From the IMG/VR virus record IMGVR_UViG_3300037634_004069, positions 14,763-78,762 of that record: a DNA stretch of 64,000 nucleotides; one strand, given 5' to 3'. Of this stretch, positions 48,331-58,470 are shown in pieces. The notes under the pieces are model-generated. The model was not told the origin of the DNA. It worked only from the letters and a program-made list of their open reading frames with translations, and did not search any database. Each line of letters begins with the position of its first letter. Position 1 is the first letter of the stretch. Source of the stretch: a virus. Lineage: Duplodnaviria; Caudoviricetes. The translations under genes were made by a program, and so were the position numbers.

Positions 48331-49086
48331 TTAAATGTCATAAATTGTAGGGTCGTATATTTCTTGTGTCATATTAGGTATACTATAAAGCTCTGCAGAT
48401 TTTTCAATAGTTACATCTGGCCCTAAAGCCGTCTCTAACTGCTTTCTGCGAGAAGCAGCTTTATACAGTATTTTACCAAGAGTAGAGTCTTTAGTAAATC
48501 CATGGAATCTAAGTATTTTCAACTTATACTTGCTGTCAAACTTAGAATACCTGCCTGCTAAAAACAAATTGAACTCTTTTTTATACTTTTCAGGGACATT
48601 AAAAATGTACAAAGTAGTTTTATTACTTATGTCAATACACTCAATAAAATTATCCAAACCCTTTAAATAGTGTTCGAAATCTACAAACTCTTTCTTACCA
48701 GAAAATCTGTATAAAAGAGCTATTACATTTTTATGTTCCTCAGTACCTACAAAACAATTTAATAAAAGGTTGTCATAAAAATAGTTTTTACGATTACCAG
48801 ATAACATTGGAAGAATAAACAAAGAAGCCTTTGTTCTTCTTGCCATTGTCATCTCATATGAAGTATTGTTTTCAGGTCCTGCAGAGGTTATCATGTTTAT
48901 TTTATAAGGGAATTTAGATCTCCCTATAGTAAGAGTTTTACCTAAAGTTATTTTAGGAACTTCAGGAAGTTCTACTGCAGTAATGTTTCCATCACCATCA
49001 AACTCCACTTCAACACCAATATAACCAACAGCTTTAACTGTAAGAGAATCTTTTATTTGTATTCCTTTTCTACTTCTTCCGGACAT
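48331..49086 (-). CDS. Hypothetical protein of the replication module
   Basis: 251-aa ORF (TKASLFILPML...LLN...Y); tightly packed; start uncertain. Confidence 0.55.
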   Translation of the reverse strand: MSGRSRKGIQIKDSLTVKAVGYIGVEVEFDGDGNITAVELPEVPKITLGKTLTIGRSKFPYKINMITSAGPENNTSYEMTMARRTKASLFILPMLSGNRKNYFYDNLLLNCFVGTEEHKNVIALLYRFSGKKEFVDFEHYLKGLDNFIECIDISNKTTLYIFNVPEKYKKEFNLFLAGRYSKFDSKYKLKILRFHGFTKDSTLGKILYKAASRRKQLETALGPDVTIEKSAELYSIPNMTQEIYDPTIYDI

Positions 49087-49919
49087 TTACCTAGTTTTTT
49101 AAGAATATTAAAATACTTTAATGGGGGTAAAGAAATACCCAATCTATCTAAATCATAAGAAGATCTAAGAACATATACAAGGTCCAAAGTCTCTTTAAAT
49201 TTATCTGTAGCTTCTTTAGAAGACGCAATATCGCTCTCTTCCATCTGCTGAAGATACATTTTTAAGATTTTTAAAGAAAAGTCTTCCTCTACAATACCGT
49301 CTAAAGCTTTCTCTGCACGTTTTACACCTATACCAGGAATACCAGGAATACCATCAACACTATCACCCGCAGCACACTGAATCCATAGAAACTTTGCTGC
49401 ATCTTCATCTGTTGTAGATACAAACTCGTTTCTTTGATAATTGTAATGAGTACCGGGTATCTGTCTAAGAACATCCTTATCTGGACTGCAAATAACAGAC
49501 TCTATAAAAGGATTATTACCTAGGCCATTAGCATATATTGCAACTGCATCATCTGCTTCGATCCTAGGAATATCATAAAACCCCCACTCTCGTTGAGCAT
49601 ATACACGTAGAGCATAGAATAAGAAAGGGGTCTCCCTACCTTTTCTATTGCCTTTATACTCCCTTGTCTTACCAAACTCTTTTCTAAAAACAGTTTTAGA
49701 GTTTGTAGTAAAAGGTGTGAAGTACTTGCATTTCAATTCTGACAATACATTTATAATGAAGTTGTCAAGCTTTAGCTTCATTTCATCAAACGTAGTATCT
49801 TCTTTCATGCAGTAATAAAGCATACTATCAGCATCTATAAGTGCAATTTTACTTTGATCGTTATTGAATGGAGTAAGGTCTAAATCGTCTACTAAATCAT
49901 TTTTTATAATTTCTAACAT
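49053..49919 (-). CDS. 5'-3' exonuclease / flap endonuclease (PolI N-terminal or T7 gp6-like)
   Basis: LIDADS, EADDAVA, SPDKD.LRQIPG and GDSVDGIPGIPGIG.K.A (H3TH) motifs. Confidence 0.9.
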   Translation of the reverse strand: MLEIIKNDLVDDLDLTPFNNDQSKIALIDADSMLYYCMKEDTTFDEMKLKLDNFIINVLSELKCKYFTPFTTNSKTVFRKEFGKTREYKGNRKGRETPFLFYALRVYAQREWGFYDIPRIEADDAVAIYANGLGNNPFIESVICSPDKDVLRQIPGTHYNYQRNEFVSTTDEDAAKFLWIQCAAGDSVDGIPGIPGIGVKRAEKALDGIVEEDFSLKILKMYLQQMEESDIASSKEATDKFKETLDLVYVLRSSYDLDRLGISLPPLKYFNILKKLGKCPEEVEKEYK

Positions 49920-49932
49920 TAGTTTTTGTAAT

Positions 49933-49966
49933 AAAAAGAGCCGAGCACAATTAAGTACCCGGCTCT
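49933..49966 (-). terminator. Rho-independent terminator after rIIB
   Basis: On the - strand agagccgggtac-[ttaatt]-gtgctcggctct forms a 12-bp stem with G:U pairs (these are mismatches on the + strand), followed by a T run. Confidence 0.85.
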
Positions 49967-49983
49967 AAGTGAATTAAAATTAA

Positions 49984-51165
49984 TTACACTAAAGACTGTA
50001 GTCTCTTTAGATCAGCTGTTTGCTTTTCTACTGCTTCAATATGGACTGCGACAGCTTCTTCAAGCATCTCTTTCCATTGTTCATCAGTAGCTTTTGCATA
50101 CGTAGAGCTGTGGTATATGGAGCCATTAACACCAACCAAAGAACTGTGTACAAAGTACTCCTTGCAACGAATAGCACCATCCACATCATCTGGGACAGCA
50201 CCTACATGCATAGGATCGATGAAGACATTGTGTATCTCACCCGCATACCATGCTATGTATTTTAATCCGCCTACATGAAGACCAGGTACACAGGAACGAT
50301 TATCATCAATGTCCACCATATCCCAGCTACTTAACGCATGTCTGCAACCCACTTTAATAAAATGCCCATCAGAATCATAGCCAGTAGGACCATCACAACT
50401 AAAAGCATCTCCACCTGTTCCCATTATAGATGGTTCAAAAAGTCTATCTTCTACGTGTTCTGGCTTACCATCAGAGTCAATCTCACCTGTATCAGGATTG
50501 AAGGTTCTTGCATAACGAGGAACTTCACGTACCTCACCGTCTTCATCTGCCTCATACTTGTGTTCAATCTCCCTAGACACTTTGTAACCATTAAGTAGAC
50601 CCTCTTTAGTGATCTTCATTTGATACATAGTAGCTCTTTCTTCAGCTGCTTCCTCTGTAAGACCGTGATCCTCCATAAATTCCTCCTTAAGTTTAGGGTG
50701 TACATACTTCATATTCACGAAGTTGAAGAACTTCTCACCAAAAGCAGCGCCTTTACCTTCCTTATTAAGGTTAGGGTTACGTAAGAATCTTACCCACATA
50801 CGTACAAGAGGCATAAAATCTACACCTACATCTTGAGAATGTACAATTCTATCTACCAATGCTTGTGGCATAGCAATATCAGATGTCTGACCATTGTAGT
50901 GTAGAAAGAACTGTTTAGACATAGGATCCACTTTAAGATATTCACACTCTGTCTCTATAACAGACCCTATAAACTCCTTAGCACTAAGAACTAAAGCTTC
51001 ACCTTCTCCAATGATGCTAGTATACTCCTCCACCGTCTCAGCATCTTCTGCTGCAACAGCAAGAGATTCTAACGTGTCATATACAGCTTTATCGAAAGGA
51101 ATTGAAAACGGAGTCTCACCGCATGATCCAACTATTTGGTCATCTATAACATTTATTGTTATCAT
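49984..51165 (-). CDS. rIIB: rIIB-like protein
   Basis: C-terminal SC.PGLHVG...Y...V..DP..V..VP.D...AIRC..Y.V matches the T4 rIIB-type signature; follows the rIIA-like gene. Confidence 0.72.
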   Translation of the reverse strand: MITINVIDDQIVGSCGETPFSIPFDKAVYDTLESLAVAAEDAETVEEYTSIIGEGEALVLSAKEFIGSVIETECEYLKVDPMSKQFFLHYNGQTSDIAMPQALVDRIVHSQDVGVDFMPLVRMWVRFLRNPNLNKEGKGAAFGEKFFNFVNMKYVHPKLKEEFMEDHGLTEEAAEERATMYQMKITKEGLLNGYKVSREIEHKYEADEDGEVREVPRYARTFNPDTGEIDSDGKPEHVEDRLFEPSIMGTGGDAFSCDGPTGYDSDGHFIKVGCRHALSSWDMVDIDDNRSCVPGLHVGGLKYIAWYAGEIHNVFIDPMHVGAVPDDVDGAIRCKEYFVHSSLVGVNGSIYHSSTYAKATDEQWKEMLEEAVAVHIEAVEKQTADLKRLQSLV

Positions 51166-51184
51166 TTGTAACAGTTTTATAAAT

Positions 51185-51192
51185 TAAAGATA
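51185..51192 (-). promoter_or_regulatory. Promoter-like tttacgTATCTTTA box between rIIA and rIIB
   Basis: Near-consensus Bacteroidota -7 box in a 39-bp spacer. Confidence 0.45.
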
Positions 51193-51204
51193 CGTAAATT
51201 ACTT

Positions 51205-53931
51205 TTATTGTAATGAGGATAGGAAAGATTTGTTATCCCACTCCCATTGATCACGATTGTACAGTTTAATGTACTTTGCAATCTCTTCTGCAGAGTCATC
51301 TTGCATAAACGTAGTTGTAGGTAAATCCTTAAATAAAGGATCAAGCGTTTTAGCATAAGAATTAAGCTCTTCATGCAGACTTAGAATCTCAAGATCAGCT
51401 ACATTAGCTCCTACGATATCAGTAAAAACAAAGGTTTCAAAGCTCTTCTGAGCTATCTTCTTGTCTCTATCCTCATCTTCGGAGTCAATGTTTGCACAAA
51501 ACACCTGAAACTCATACAACTCATCCATTCTATCCCAAATAGGGTGGTCTAAAGCAGTTTTAATTGCCCATAAGAAGTTATCGTACTCACATAGATACTC
51601 TCGTAACTTTCTAGCCTTACTTGATATCTTATTATCAATCTTATCAAAAGATCTTAGATAAGCATCGAAGAAAGGAAAAGTAGTACCTATTTTACGAATA
51701 GTATAAGCACGTCTAACCATAGGATGAGTCTCAATTGTATTATAAGTTGTCCTAAAGAAGAAAAAGTTCTCTATGTGAGATAGAGAGGAATTAGCTTTCT
51801 CTATTCTTTTTATCGCAGTACTACTTAATTTAATCAATTGAGGATAATTAGTATCATCTACATAGTCTCCTCCATCCCTAAGAGCATAACTATAACGTAT
51901 AGAAGGGCTAAGTGTAAACAAAGCTCTAGGGTTCTGACCCCAATGGTTATAATTGTTAATCACAGGAGCAGAAGGATACAATATACCTGCAGCAAGAACA
52001 AGAGATTCCTCATCTTCTTTACCACCATAATACACTTCCCCATCTGTAGTTATAAGATCTATGCCTTTTGGCTCAACCTTATCCCATGTCCATGTCTTAC
52101 GAGAAGTACTTCTATGCGCATCAGGATCATACCTTAGAGTAAAACCTACCTCTTTGTTCTCAAGAAGGCGTTGCTCTGCAGGAGTCAATGCATCCTCTGT
52201 AACCTCAATCTCTTTAGCTTTGTTAAGGAAATCTTCAGAGACTTCTAACTCACTATAGGACTGCACCCTAGAATCATTTGATATAAACTCTACTAATGCC
52301 TCATACTTAAGCTTTTGCTCACCTATAAGATCAGATAAACTATCCGCAAGTTCTTTTACAGACTCATCTTTAGATTCTGGGTCAGTCCACTCCTTTATGA
52401 TGATAGAAGTAAAACTTCCTTTATTAAGTCCTTTGCATATATACATATCCTTTACAGGGCTATACACAGTGTCCTTAATATAGATAGTGTCAAAGTTAAA
52501 AGTATTCCAATTTGTAATTGGGTCTCTTTTCACCTTACCTCTATAGTCTATAGTAACCTTATCTATCTTAATCCTATCTGTAAAGAAATTACTTATAGGT
52601 AGATACTTTATCTTAGAGTCACCAGAGAACACAGGAGATAAGTCATCACTATTAATGATGTTAGACATCCTATGAATAATATCATCAGAGTTATTCCTAT
52701 GAAAGATTTTAGCACACTGCTCAAGCCATTCAAAGATATCAGTTGAGTTCTGAAGCTTATCCTCTACAAGTTGAGATGCCTCTTCTGTAGCTTTCTCTAT
52801 AACAGACAAGATATAAGCCTTAGTAGCGTCATTCCAGATAACTTTCTCACGAGACGGAGTAACACTTACACCATCTTGCATGACAATCTCTTTGCCTGAC
52901 TCATCACGATACGTCTGACGCATAGGACATTTAAACCCTACAGACCCATACATATCCTGTAACTCCAACTCACGGAAGTCTACATAACCATAGTTAATAC
53001 CTGATTCATCTGCAGGATCCTTCACAATAACTATGTGAGGTCTGTTGAATACAGTACCATTACTGATTATAAGAGACTCAGAGTTGTATACTACTTCAGC
53101 CTTAGTAGACTTATTCCTATACTCATACTCCTTGTCACCCTCTATTTCTTTGATAGTAAAATTTACACCATCAATATAGATTAGTTGCTGGTCAACAGCA
53201 TCCCGGAAAGAATATCTATTGTGCTTTTTAACACCAAAACTTACAATAGTATTATTCTTCTCGTCTGTCTTCTCATAGTATACTTTAGTACCATCACTGA
53301 ATGTTATAAAATCATTCATAGTACCATCTTTAGAGAACTTAGAGATGACAAACTCAGTACGATATGGATAACAAACACATTTAAATCTTCTACCTTTATG
53401 TACAGTTTCCACTGTGTACATAGCAACACCTGTAGAGAATGCAACCTTTGCACCCAGACCGAAAGCACCAAAGCCCTCTGAGGTATTACGCTTAGTAGAA
53501 TAGCCAAGACTTAGGATGCCTTCGAGTCTTTTATCTCCAAGGCCTACACCATAATCTTGTACTTTAAATGTATCACAGAATCCTGCACCTTCTTCTTGTA
53601 TGTAGGTAAGCTCAACTGTGTTGTTCTCTGCATCAAGATACTTTAGGTCATAATACGAAGCATCAAAATTGCTATCTTCATACTGTTCCCCATGTCTCTC
53701 GATATAATAATCCTCAGCTTTGGCTTTGCCTGTGAGGACCTCAATTGCTACCTCTTTCTCCCTCTGAGAATCCCACGCATTTGTGGTTAACTCTCGTACA
53801 GAAGACTTAATAGGAGTAGAATATTGAGTCTGTTGCAAGATATCATACACAAGCTTTTCAGCTCCTGCATCAATCTTCTTTTCGACACCTTTAGTTCCGG
53901 TGTCTTGACGTTCAATAGTTTTTATACTCAT
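51205..53931 (-). CDS. rIIA: rIIA-like protein with N-terminal GHKL (HSP90-type) ATPase
   Basis: YS.PI.S.VREL.TNAWDS, DYGVGL and YSTKR...GAFGLG.K motifs; paired with rIIB. Confidence 0.8.
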   Translation of the reverse strand: MSIKTIERQDTGTKGVEKKIDAGAEKLVYDILQQTQYSTPIKSSVRELTTNAWDSQREKEVAIEVLTGKAKAEDYYIERHGEQYEDSNFDASYYDLKYLDAENNTVELTYIQEEGAGFCDTFKVQDYGVGLGDKRLEGILSLGYSTKRNTSEGFGAFGLGAKVAFSTGVAMYTVETVHKGRRFKCVCYPYRTEFVISKFSKDGTMNDFITFSDGTKVYYEKTDEKNNTIVSFGVKKHNRYSFRDAVDQQLIYIDGVNFTIKEIEGDKEYEYRNKSTKAEVVYNSESLIISNGTVFNRPHIVIVKDPADESGINYGYVDFRELELQDMYGSVGFKCPMRQTYRDESGKEIVMQDGVSVTPSREKVIWNDATKAYILSVIEKATEEASQLVEDKLQNSTDIFEWLEQCAKIFHRNNSDDIIHRMSNIINSDDLSPVFSGDSKIKYLPISNFFTDRIKIDKVTIDYRGKVKRDPITNWNTFNFDTIYIKDTVYSPVKDMYICKGLNKGSFTSIIIKEWTDPESKDESVKELADSLSDLIGEQKLKYEALVEFISNDSRVQSYSELEVSEDFLNKAKEIEVTEDALTPAEQRLLENKEVGFTLRYDPDAHRSTSRKTWTWDKVEPKGIDLITTDGEVYYGGKEDEESLVLAAGILYPSAPVINNYNHWGQNPRALFTLSPSIRYSYALRDGGDYVDDTNYPQLIKLSSTAIKRIEKANSSLSHIENFFFFRTTYNTIETHPMVRRAYTIRKIGTTFPFFDAYLRSFDKIDNKISSKARKLREYLCEYDNFLWAIKTALDHPIWDRMDELYEFQVFCANIDSEDEDRDKKIAQKSFETFVFTDIVGANVADLEILSLHEELNSYAKTLDPLFKDLPTTTFMQDDSAEEIAKYIKLYNRDQWEWDNKSFLSSLQ

Positions 53932-54303
53932 TTAAAACAATCTTTCTTTAACATGATTAATAATTTTATTTGTTTCCTTACTGATAAAATCTTTAGGGTA
54001 AGGCATAAGGCGTTCATAAGCACGAGCTTTTATATACCTCAATCGTATAGTAACATCCTCTCTAGGTAAATCATACTGACCTTCCTGCACAGGTATCCAA
54101 TCCACTTCATAAGGTAGATTTTCCACTATATCTTGATTATATGGATAGCCTGGACGAGATTCTTTCCAACTCCATACTTTACAATGCCCCCTACGTACTC
54201 TTTGAATTATACCCGGCTGTATGCCGTTGAAGTATGATAGGCCTATAAGGTCCCCTTTTTCTAAAGATCTTAACCAGTTTAAGTGCTGGTCACTGTGTAT
54301 CAT
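53932..54303 (-). CDS. Hypothetical protein
   Basis: 123-aa ORF abutting both neighbours. Confidence 0.55.
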   Translation of the reverse strand: MIHSDQHLNWLRSLEKGDLIGLSYFNGIQPGIIQRVRRGHCKVWSWKESRPGYPYNQDIVENLPYEVDWIPVQEGQYDLPREDVTIRLRYIKARAYERLMPYPKDFISKETNKIINHVKERLF

Positions 54304-54743
54304 AACTTTAAAATTTGTTCTATGCAGATATCTACCTGTGATTTATTAGTAGGGAGGAACAAAAGCGTAGGTTTGCCTGTAGAGTGTATGTATCTCTTAA
54401 ATAGCTTCCATCTTAATGGAAAGGACTCATTAGGTCTACCTTTTGTTTCTATTACCCACCGCATATCTGGACATGTAAAGTCAGGTGTGTAGGTTATTCC
54501 TCTGATTGTATTCTTAACAGGTGCAAACTTTTTATACCTGAACTCCCAAGATTCTGAGATTGGAGGAAATCCGTCTATAAGACTGAACTTATCCTCTTCA
54601 TACTTAAATTTTATCTTGGCTTTTTGAAGTTCCTTATAGGCATAGACTTCAAGTTTACTTTTAAACTTAATGCCGTCTACAACTGAGGGTTTACTTTTAA
54701 TCAGTTTTACTCCTTTTCTCCTACCTTTTCTTTTAAATCCCAT
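54300..54743 (-). CDS. PD-(D/E)xK endonuclease (T7 endonuclease I / resolvase-like)
   Basis: FKSKLE, YTPDF and IETKG motifs. Confidence 0.8.
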   Translation of the reverse strand: MGFKRKGRRKGVKLIKSKPSVVDGIKFKSKLEVYAYKELQKAKIKFKYEEDKFSLIDGFPPISESWEFRYKKFAPVKNTIRGITYTPDFTCPDMRWVIETKGRPNESFPLRWKLFKRYIHSTGKPTLLFLPTNKSQVDICIEQILKL

Positions 54744-55723
54744 GAGATATCTTTAATTATGGACATTGCTTTTACAGGTCCGTGTGCCTCTATTACATCT
54801 GAAATATCCTTGCATTGAAGTTCTGCAGGAATAACAATATTTTTTAACTGATACTTGTCACATATCTTATGTGCCATCATTTGACCAGGATTATCCGGGT
54901 TATGAATATCGTTATCATACAATACATCAACTCTATCATACCTCTTTTTAAGTATAGTCATAAACTGTTCTGGTGGTAGCATTGCCTCTGATTGAAAAGC
55001 AACTGCTGGTACACCAAGAGAATTTATAACCATAACATCTTTTAAAGATGATGCTATTATGCATCTATCTCCAAAAGGAAGAAGGTGTGATTTACCTTGA
55101 ATATCTTTAGATTTTACATTACCAAACCACTTTCTTTCTTGATTCAAAGGTGAATAAATCTTGAATCTAGGAGAGTGTTCTGTGTATGCATATGTGCACT
55201 TAGGAGCTGTATACCTATTGCCGTTTATCCAATAATGAGAGATAGGTTTAACTGCAAACTCTTTAATTTCTTCTATACTTAGAAAGTACTGTCCCCAATA
55301 CTCTCTGTCATATCTAGTCCAATCTATAGTACGTATCTGAATATCACACCCTATTTTATGTACCTGTCTATGGACAGTGGGGGCTATTGTACGAGCTAAA
55401 GACATACCTGAAGAAAGTCCAAGTCTAAAGTCAGTGTCAATTAAAGCAAGAGTATTTCTGAATGTAAGGTTATACTTATACATTACATAACCTATAGAAT
55501 CAAAACTGTGTTCTCTATAACCAAAATCTGTATATCTTATACCTGATTTAAGGTTTGATATTAAAACTGATGGTATAGGATCCTCTCTTAACTCTGAACT
55601 AAACTTTTTACCTAATTTCTCAAATGGAACGCAATAGTGTTTAAAAATATCAATGTCACTTACTCTACTCCGTATATCTTCGACGGATAAGTTTGCATTA
55701 CTATCTCTTGATTCTATTGCCAT
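54707..55723 (-). CDS. dnaG: DNA primase (DnaG-like TOPRIM), crAss-like
   Basis: F.S.LRED..PS N-terminus, II.SSLKDVM, YDND and KDISD motifs; no CHC2 zinc finger visible. Confidence 0.8.
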   Translation of the reverse strand: MAIESRDSNANLSVEDIRSRVSDIDIFKHYCVPFEKLGKKFSSELREDPIPSVLISNLKSGIRYTDFGYREHSFDSIGYVMYKYNLTFRNTLALIDTDFRLGLSSGMSLARTIAPTVHRQVHKIGCDIQIRTIDWTRYDREYWGQYFLSIEEIKEFAVKPISHYWINGNRYTAPKCTYAYTEHSPRFKIYSPLNQERKWFGNVKSKDIQGKSHLLPFGDRCIIASSLKDVMVINSLGVPAVAFQSEAMLPPEQFMTILKKRYDRVDVLYDNDIHNPDNPGQMMAHKICDKYQLKNIVIPAELQCKDISDVIEAHGPVKAMSIIKDISWDLKEKVGEKE

Positions 55724-55734
55724 ATTGCATAATT

Positions 55735-55769
55735 AAAAAGGGAGAGTAGATCACTCTACCCTCCCCTTT
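55735..55769 (-). terminator. Rho-independent terminator after ssb
   Basis: On the - strand ggggagggtaga-[gtga]-tctactctccct gives a stem with a GNRA loop followed by a T run. Confidence 0.85.
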
Positions 55770-55783
55770 GTAACTAATTATTA

Positions 55784-56566
55784 TTAAAACGCATTATCAT
55801 CGTCCTCCCAGTCATCATCAGTAGTATCATCTGCTGTAACTACTGCATCCGGAGTTACTACACCTGGAGCATATTTTTGCCACTCAAGAGTATAATCACC
55901 TTTAATAGCACCATAATCATCATTAAGTGCTTTTACAAATAGATCATTTCTCTTAGGATTTACACGACCAAAGTGACGAGTATAAACTGCTTGGTATTTA
56001 CCATCACGAACATATACAAGAACTCTTACTTGATTGTCTTTTAGGACAGTCAAAAGCTCTTCTAGTTCTTTAGTATCACCAGCTGCTATTTTATTTACTG
56101 TTTCAAGCTTGATCTCACCGCCTTGAGCAACATTTGCCCATACACGAACAAGTTCAGTTACAGTGTCCATACCACGTGGAATAGTATAGCAAGTATCTGG
56201 TTCTTTGAACCAATCTGCAAGAGCTGAAGTATCAACACTACCATCATCATTTGCAGGAGCCCAAGTCTCTTGACCCACTCTATTATACCACTTAAACTTA
56301 CCTGTTTTAGATTCCCAAGGGCCTTGCTTTACAAGTATTTCACAAGGAACAGTTACATCCTCATTTTTAAGCCAGAACACAATCTTAGTAAAGTCATCTT
56401 CACCAAAGCTAACCTCATAGTTAGGCTCTGTTTGAAGCATTACACCAAGTTCATGTAGCTTTTCCAACGTTGGATTTACTGCTACTACATTAAATTCACT
56501 GATACCAGTAAATTGTTTGAGGGCTGATCCTACAGCGACCTCTGAAGCATTAGATTCTATTGCCAT
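55784..56566 (-). CDS. ssb: Putative single-stranded DNA-binding protein
   Basis: Beta-rich core, acidic C-terminal tail ending in an aromatic residue (DDDWEDDDNAF), high-expression codon bias, position next to primase. Confidence 0.6.
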   Translation of the reverse strand: MAIESNASEVAVGSALKQFTGISEFNVVAVNPTLEKLHELGVMLQTEPNYEVSFGEDDFTKIVFWLKNEDVTVPCEILVKQGPWESKTGKFKWYNRVGQETWAPANDDGSVDTSALADWFKEPDTCYTIPRGMDTVTELVRVWANVAQGGEIKLETVNKIAAGDTKELEELLTVLKDNQVRVLVYVRDGKYQAVYTRHFGRVNPKRNDLFVKALNDDYGAIKGDYTLEWQKYAPGVVTPDAVVTADDTTDDDWEDDDNAF

Positions 56567-56591
56567 TTGTTATAGTTATTAAAATTAAAGA

Positions 56592-57005
56592 TTAGTCAAT
56601 ATCGAAGTCTACACCGTTTTCAGAAAAAGTATCATTATTCTGAGTGGATGGATTAAACTGATGTCCACCTTCTGTTCCAGGAATACCGTACTTAGGCTCA
56701 GGTGTAGTAGGTGCAGTAGTTGTACCTTTAAATGTAAATGGTAGAACCTTCTTTCTTGCAGGCTTTTTACCTCTAAGATTAGGGTCTTTAAACATCTCAT
56801 CTACCATCCATTTTTCAAATGGTTGAGGGGTTCCATTCTCATCTTTGTAAGCATACTTCTGACGAATTTTCTCCTTACTTCTTCCTTGTGCAAGATCAGT
56901 AAGGATCATTTCTACAGTTATTTGATCTACTACAGTACAGTTAATAAGATCTTTTCTTGTTGCAGTGTTTTCAGAGTCCTGCGCCTCTCTCATTTCAATA
57001 CCCAT
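56592..57005 (-). CDS. Hypothetical protein
   Basis: 137-aa ORF with A-rich start context. Confidence 0.55.
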   Translation of the reverse strand: MGIEMREAQDSENTATRKDLINCTVVDQITVEMILTDLAQGRSKEKIRQKYAYKDENGTPQPFEKWMVDEMFKDPNLRGKKPARKKVLPFTFKGTTTAPTTPEPKYGIPGTEGGHQFNPSTQNNDTFSENGVDFDID

Positions 57006-57039
57006 TTTAGTTTTAAGGTGTTTGAGGGTTAATAAATAA

Positions 57040-57348
57040 TTAGTTATCTTTTACAAATTGGCCATTGACCATCTTTCCTGTACGTTTACTTATAATATCA
57101 TAAGCACCATTCAGGCATTCTTCCAGTGTTACTTGCTGCATTTCTGCTAAGATGATTAGTGTGACTAGGATATCGCCTATAGCGTCCTCAATTTCTGCTT
57201 CATCGTTATCTACAATAGCATTAAGTAATTCAGTTAACTCTTCTTGTGTCTTAAGAGCTTGTTTAAGAGGCGTACCTTTTTCAAATATACCTTTCTCTTC
57301 AGCCCATTGTTGTACACATACTTCTAATTCGTCTAAATCTTTATTCAT
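57040..57348 (-). CDS. mazG: MazG-like nucleotide pyrophosphohydrolase
   Basis: K..EE..EL..AI...EI.DAIGDILVTLI motif. Confidence 0.85.
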   Translation of the reverse strand: MNKDLDELEVCVQQWAEEKGIFEKGTPLKQALKTQEELTELLNAIVDNDEAEIEDAIGDILVTLIILAEMQQVTLEECLNGAYDIISKRTGKMVNGQFVKDN

Positions 57349-57707
57349 AGAGTTATAATTTTATACATGCATATTAAAAAGAGTATAATACCCCCTACAA
57401 GAAATAGTTTTCGTAGCCTAGACATTCTTTTGTCCATGCGATCTTTTATCCATAAATGATCATGAATACGTTCCCAATACTCGTATCCTTCTATAGTATC
57501 TTTCCAATCAAATGCCCATCTAAGGGCTTGTGATCTAGAGTATGGTCTATGTGTAAGAATAATACTATCTGCATTTGCAAGAACTCTATTAAAGTCTTCT
57601 TTTTCAAGTTCTTTTTCAAGGAGACTCCTTACAGTGTGCTCTACAACTAAATTTCTTAAGAAATTAGCTATTTTATCACCGAATTTATCTATAAAATTTT
57701 TTTTCAT
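57345..57707 (-). CDS. Hypothetical protein with C-terminal membrane anchor
   Basis: C-terminal LFLVGGIILFLICMY preceded by basic residues. Confidence 0.55.
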   Translation of the reverse strand: MKKNFIDKFGDKIANFLRNLVVEHTVRSLLEKELEKEDFNRVLANADSIILTHRPYSRSQALRWAFDWKDTIEGYEYWERIHDHLWIKDRMDKRMSRLRKLFLVGGIILFLICMYKIITL

Positions 57708-57708
57708 T

Positions 57709-58467
57709 TTAGTCTATATAAATTTTACTCCAATCAAATGGCATTACAGTATTTTTAAGATGATCACATCTAGAACTTGCCTCAATACCATCTTTAGATT
57801 TAAAAGAAATCATAAGCTCGTCATCTTGCCAGTACACATAACCAATAGCATCGGCTTTCTGTGATAAGATAGTCTTAAGTTTACCTGTAAGATCAAGATC
57901 TTTAGTTGCAACCTCTTTACCTTTCTTATCAGAACTACCGTCTTTAACGTGTGCAATAAAAATTACATGGTCTGCTAACTCCATAAACATATTTACCCAC
58001 TTTTTAAATGAGTTACGCAAGTATAGATAACCAGCTCCTTTTGGTAAAGTAAGTACACTATCCCACTGAGATCTTGGAAGTACAGCTTGCTGACCTGTCT
58101 TAGGATCAGTTTTAGTATCATGCCTATTGAAGTTCTTACCCATAGGTGTCTTCATATACATAGCTGTAGCATCCCATTCACACCAGCTTTCTAGCTCTGT
58201 AACAGTATCTACTGCGATATACTTGTATTTATGATTAGCTACACGGATTTCATTCATCCATCTATACAGCTCTTTAAGATTGTCCGCCTGAACTTTAAGT
58301 GCATCTATCTTATTTGTGCCCTGCTCAAGATCAATGATCAAACAATCATTAAGTTTTGAAAGCATAGTAGTCTTACCGACTTTAGGTTTAGAATAGATTA
58401 TAAGGTTCTCAGGACTTGAGGTTTTTTTAGAAACCGGAGTCTCTGGTAATACAAATTGTTTTTCCAT
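57709..58467 (-). CDS. AAA ATPase (Sak4/AAA_24-like recombination protein)
   Basis: Walker A-like YSKPKVGKTT, IIDLE.G, AVDTVT and FIAH motifs. Confidence 0.8.
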   Translation of the reverse strand: MEKQFVLPETPVSKKTSSPENLIIYSKPKVGKTTMLSKLNDCLIIDLEQGTNKIDALKVQADNLKELYRWMNEIRVANHKYKYIAVDTVTELESWCEWDATAMYMKTPMGKNFNRHDTKTDPKTGQQAVLPRSQWDSVLTLPKGAGYLYLRNSFKKWVNMFMELADHVIFIAHVKDGSSDKKGKEVATKDLDLTGKLKTILSQKADAIGYVYWQDDELMISFKSKDGIEASSRCDHLKNTVMPFDWSKIYID

Positions 58468-58470
58468 TTT

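Noticed and set aside
29024-56591. ATCTTTAATT 10-mer in three intergenic spacers (~29027 +, ~51190 -, ~56590 -) as a phage RNAP promoter
   Set aside because: AT-rich, and it also occurs inside coding sequence (~54748); no extended consensus.
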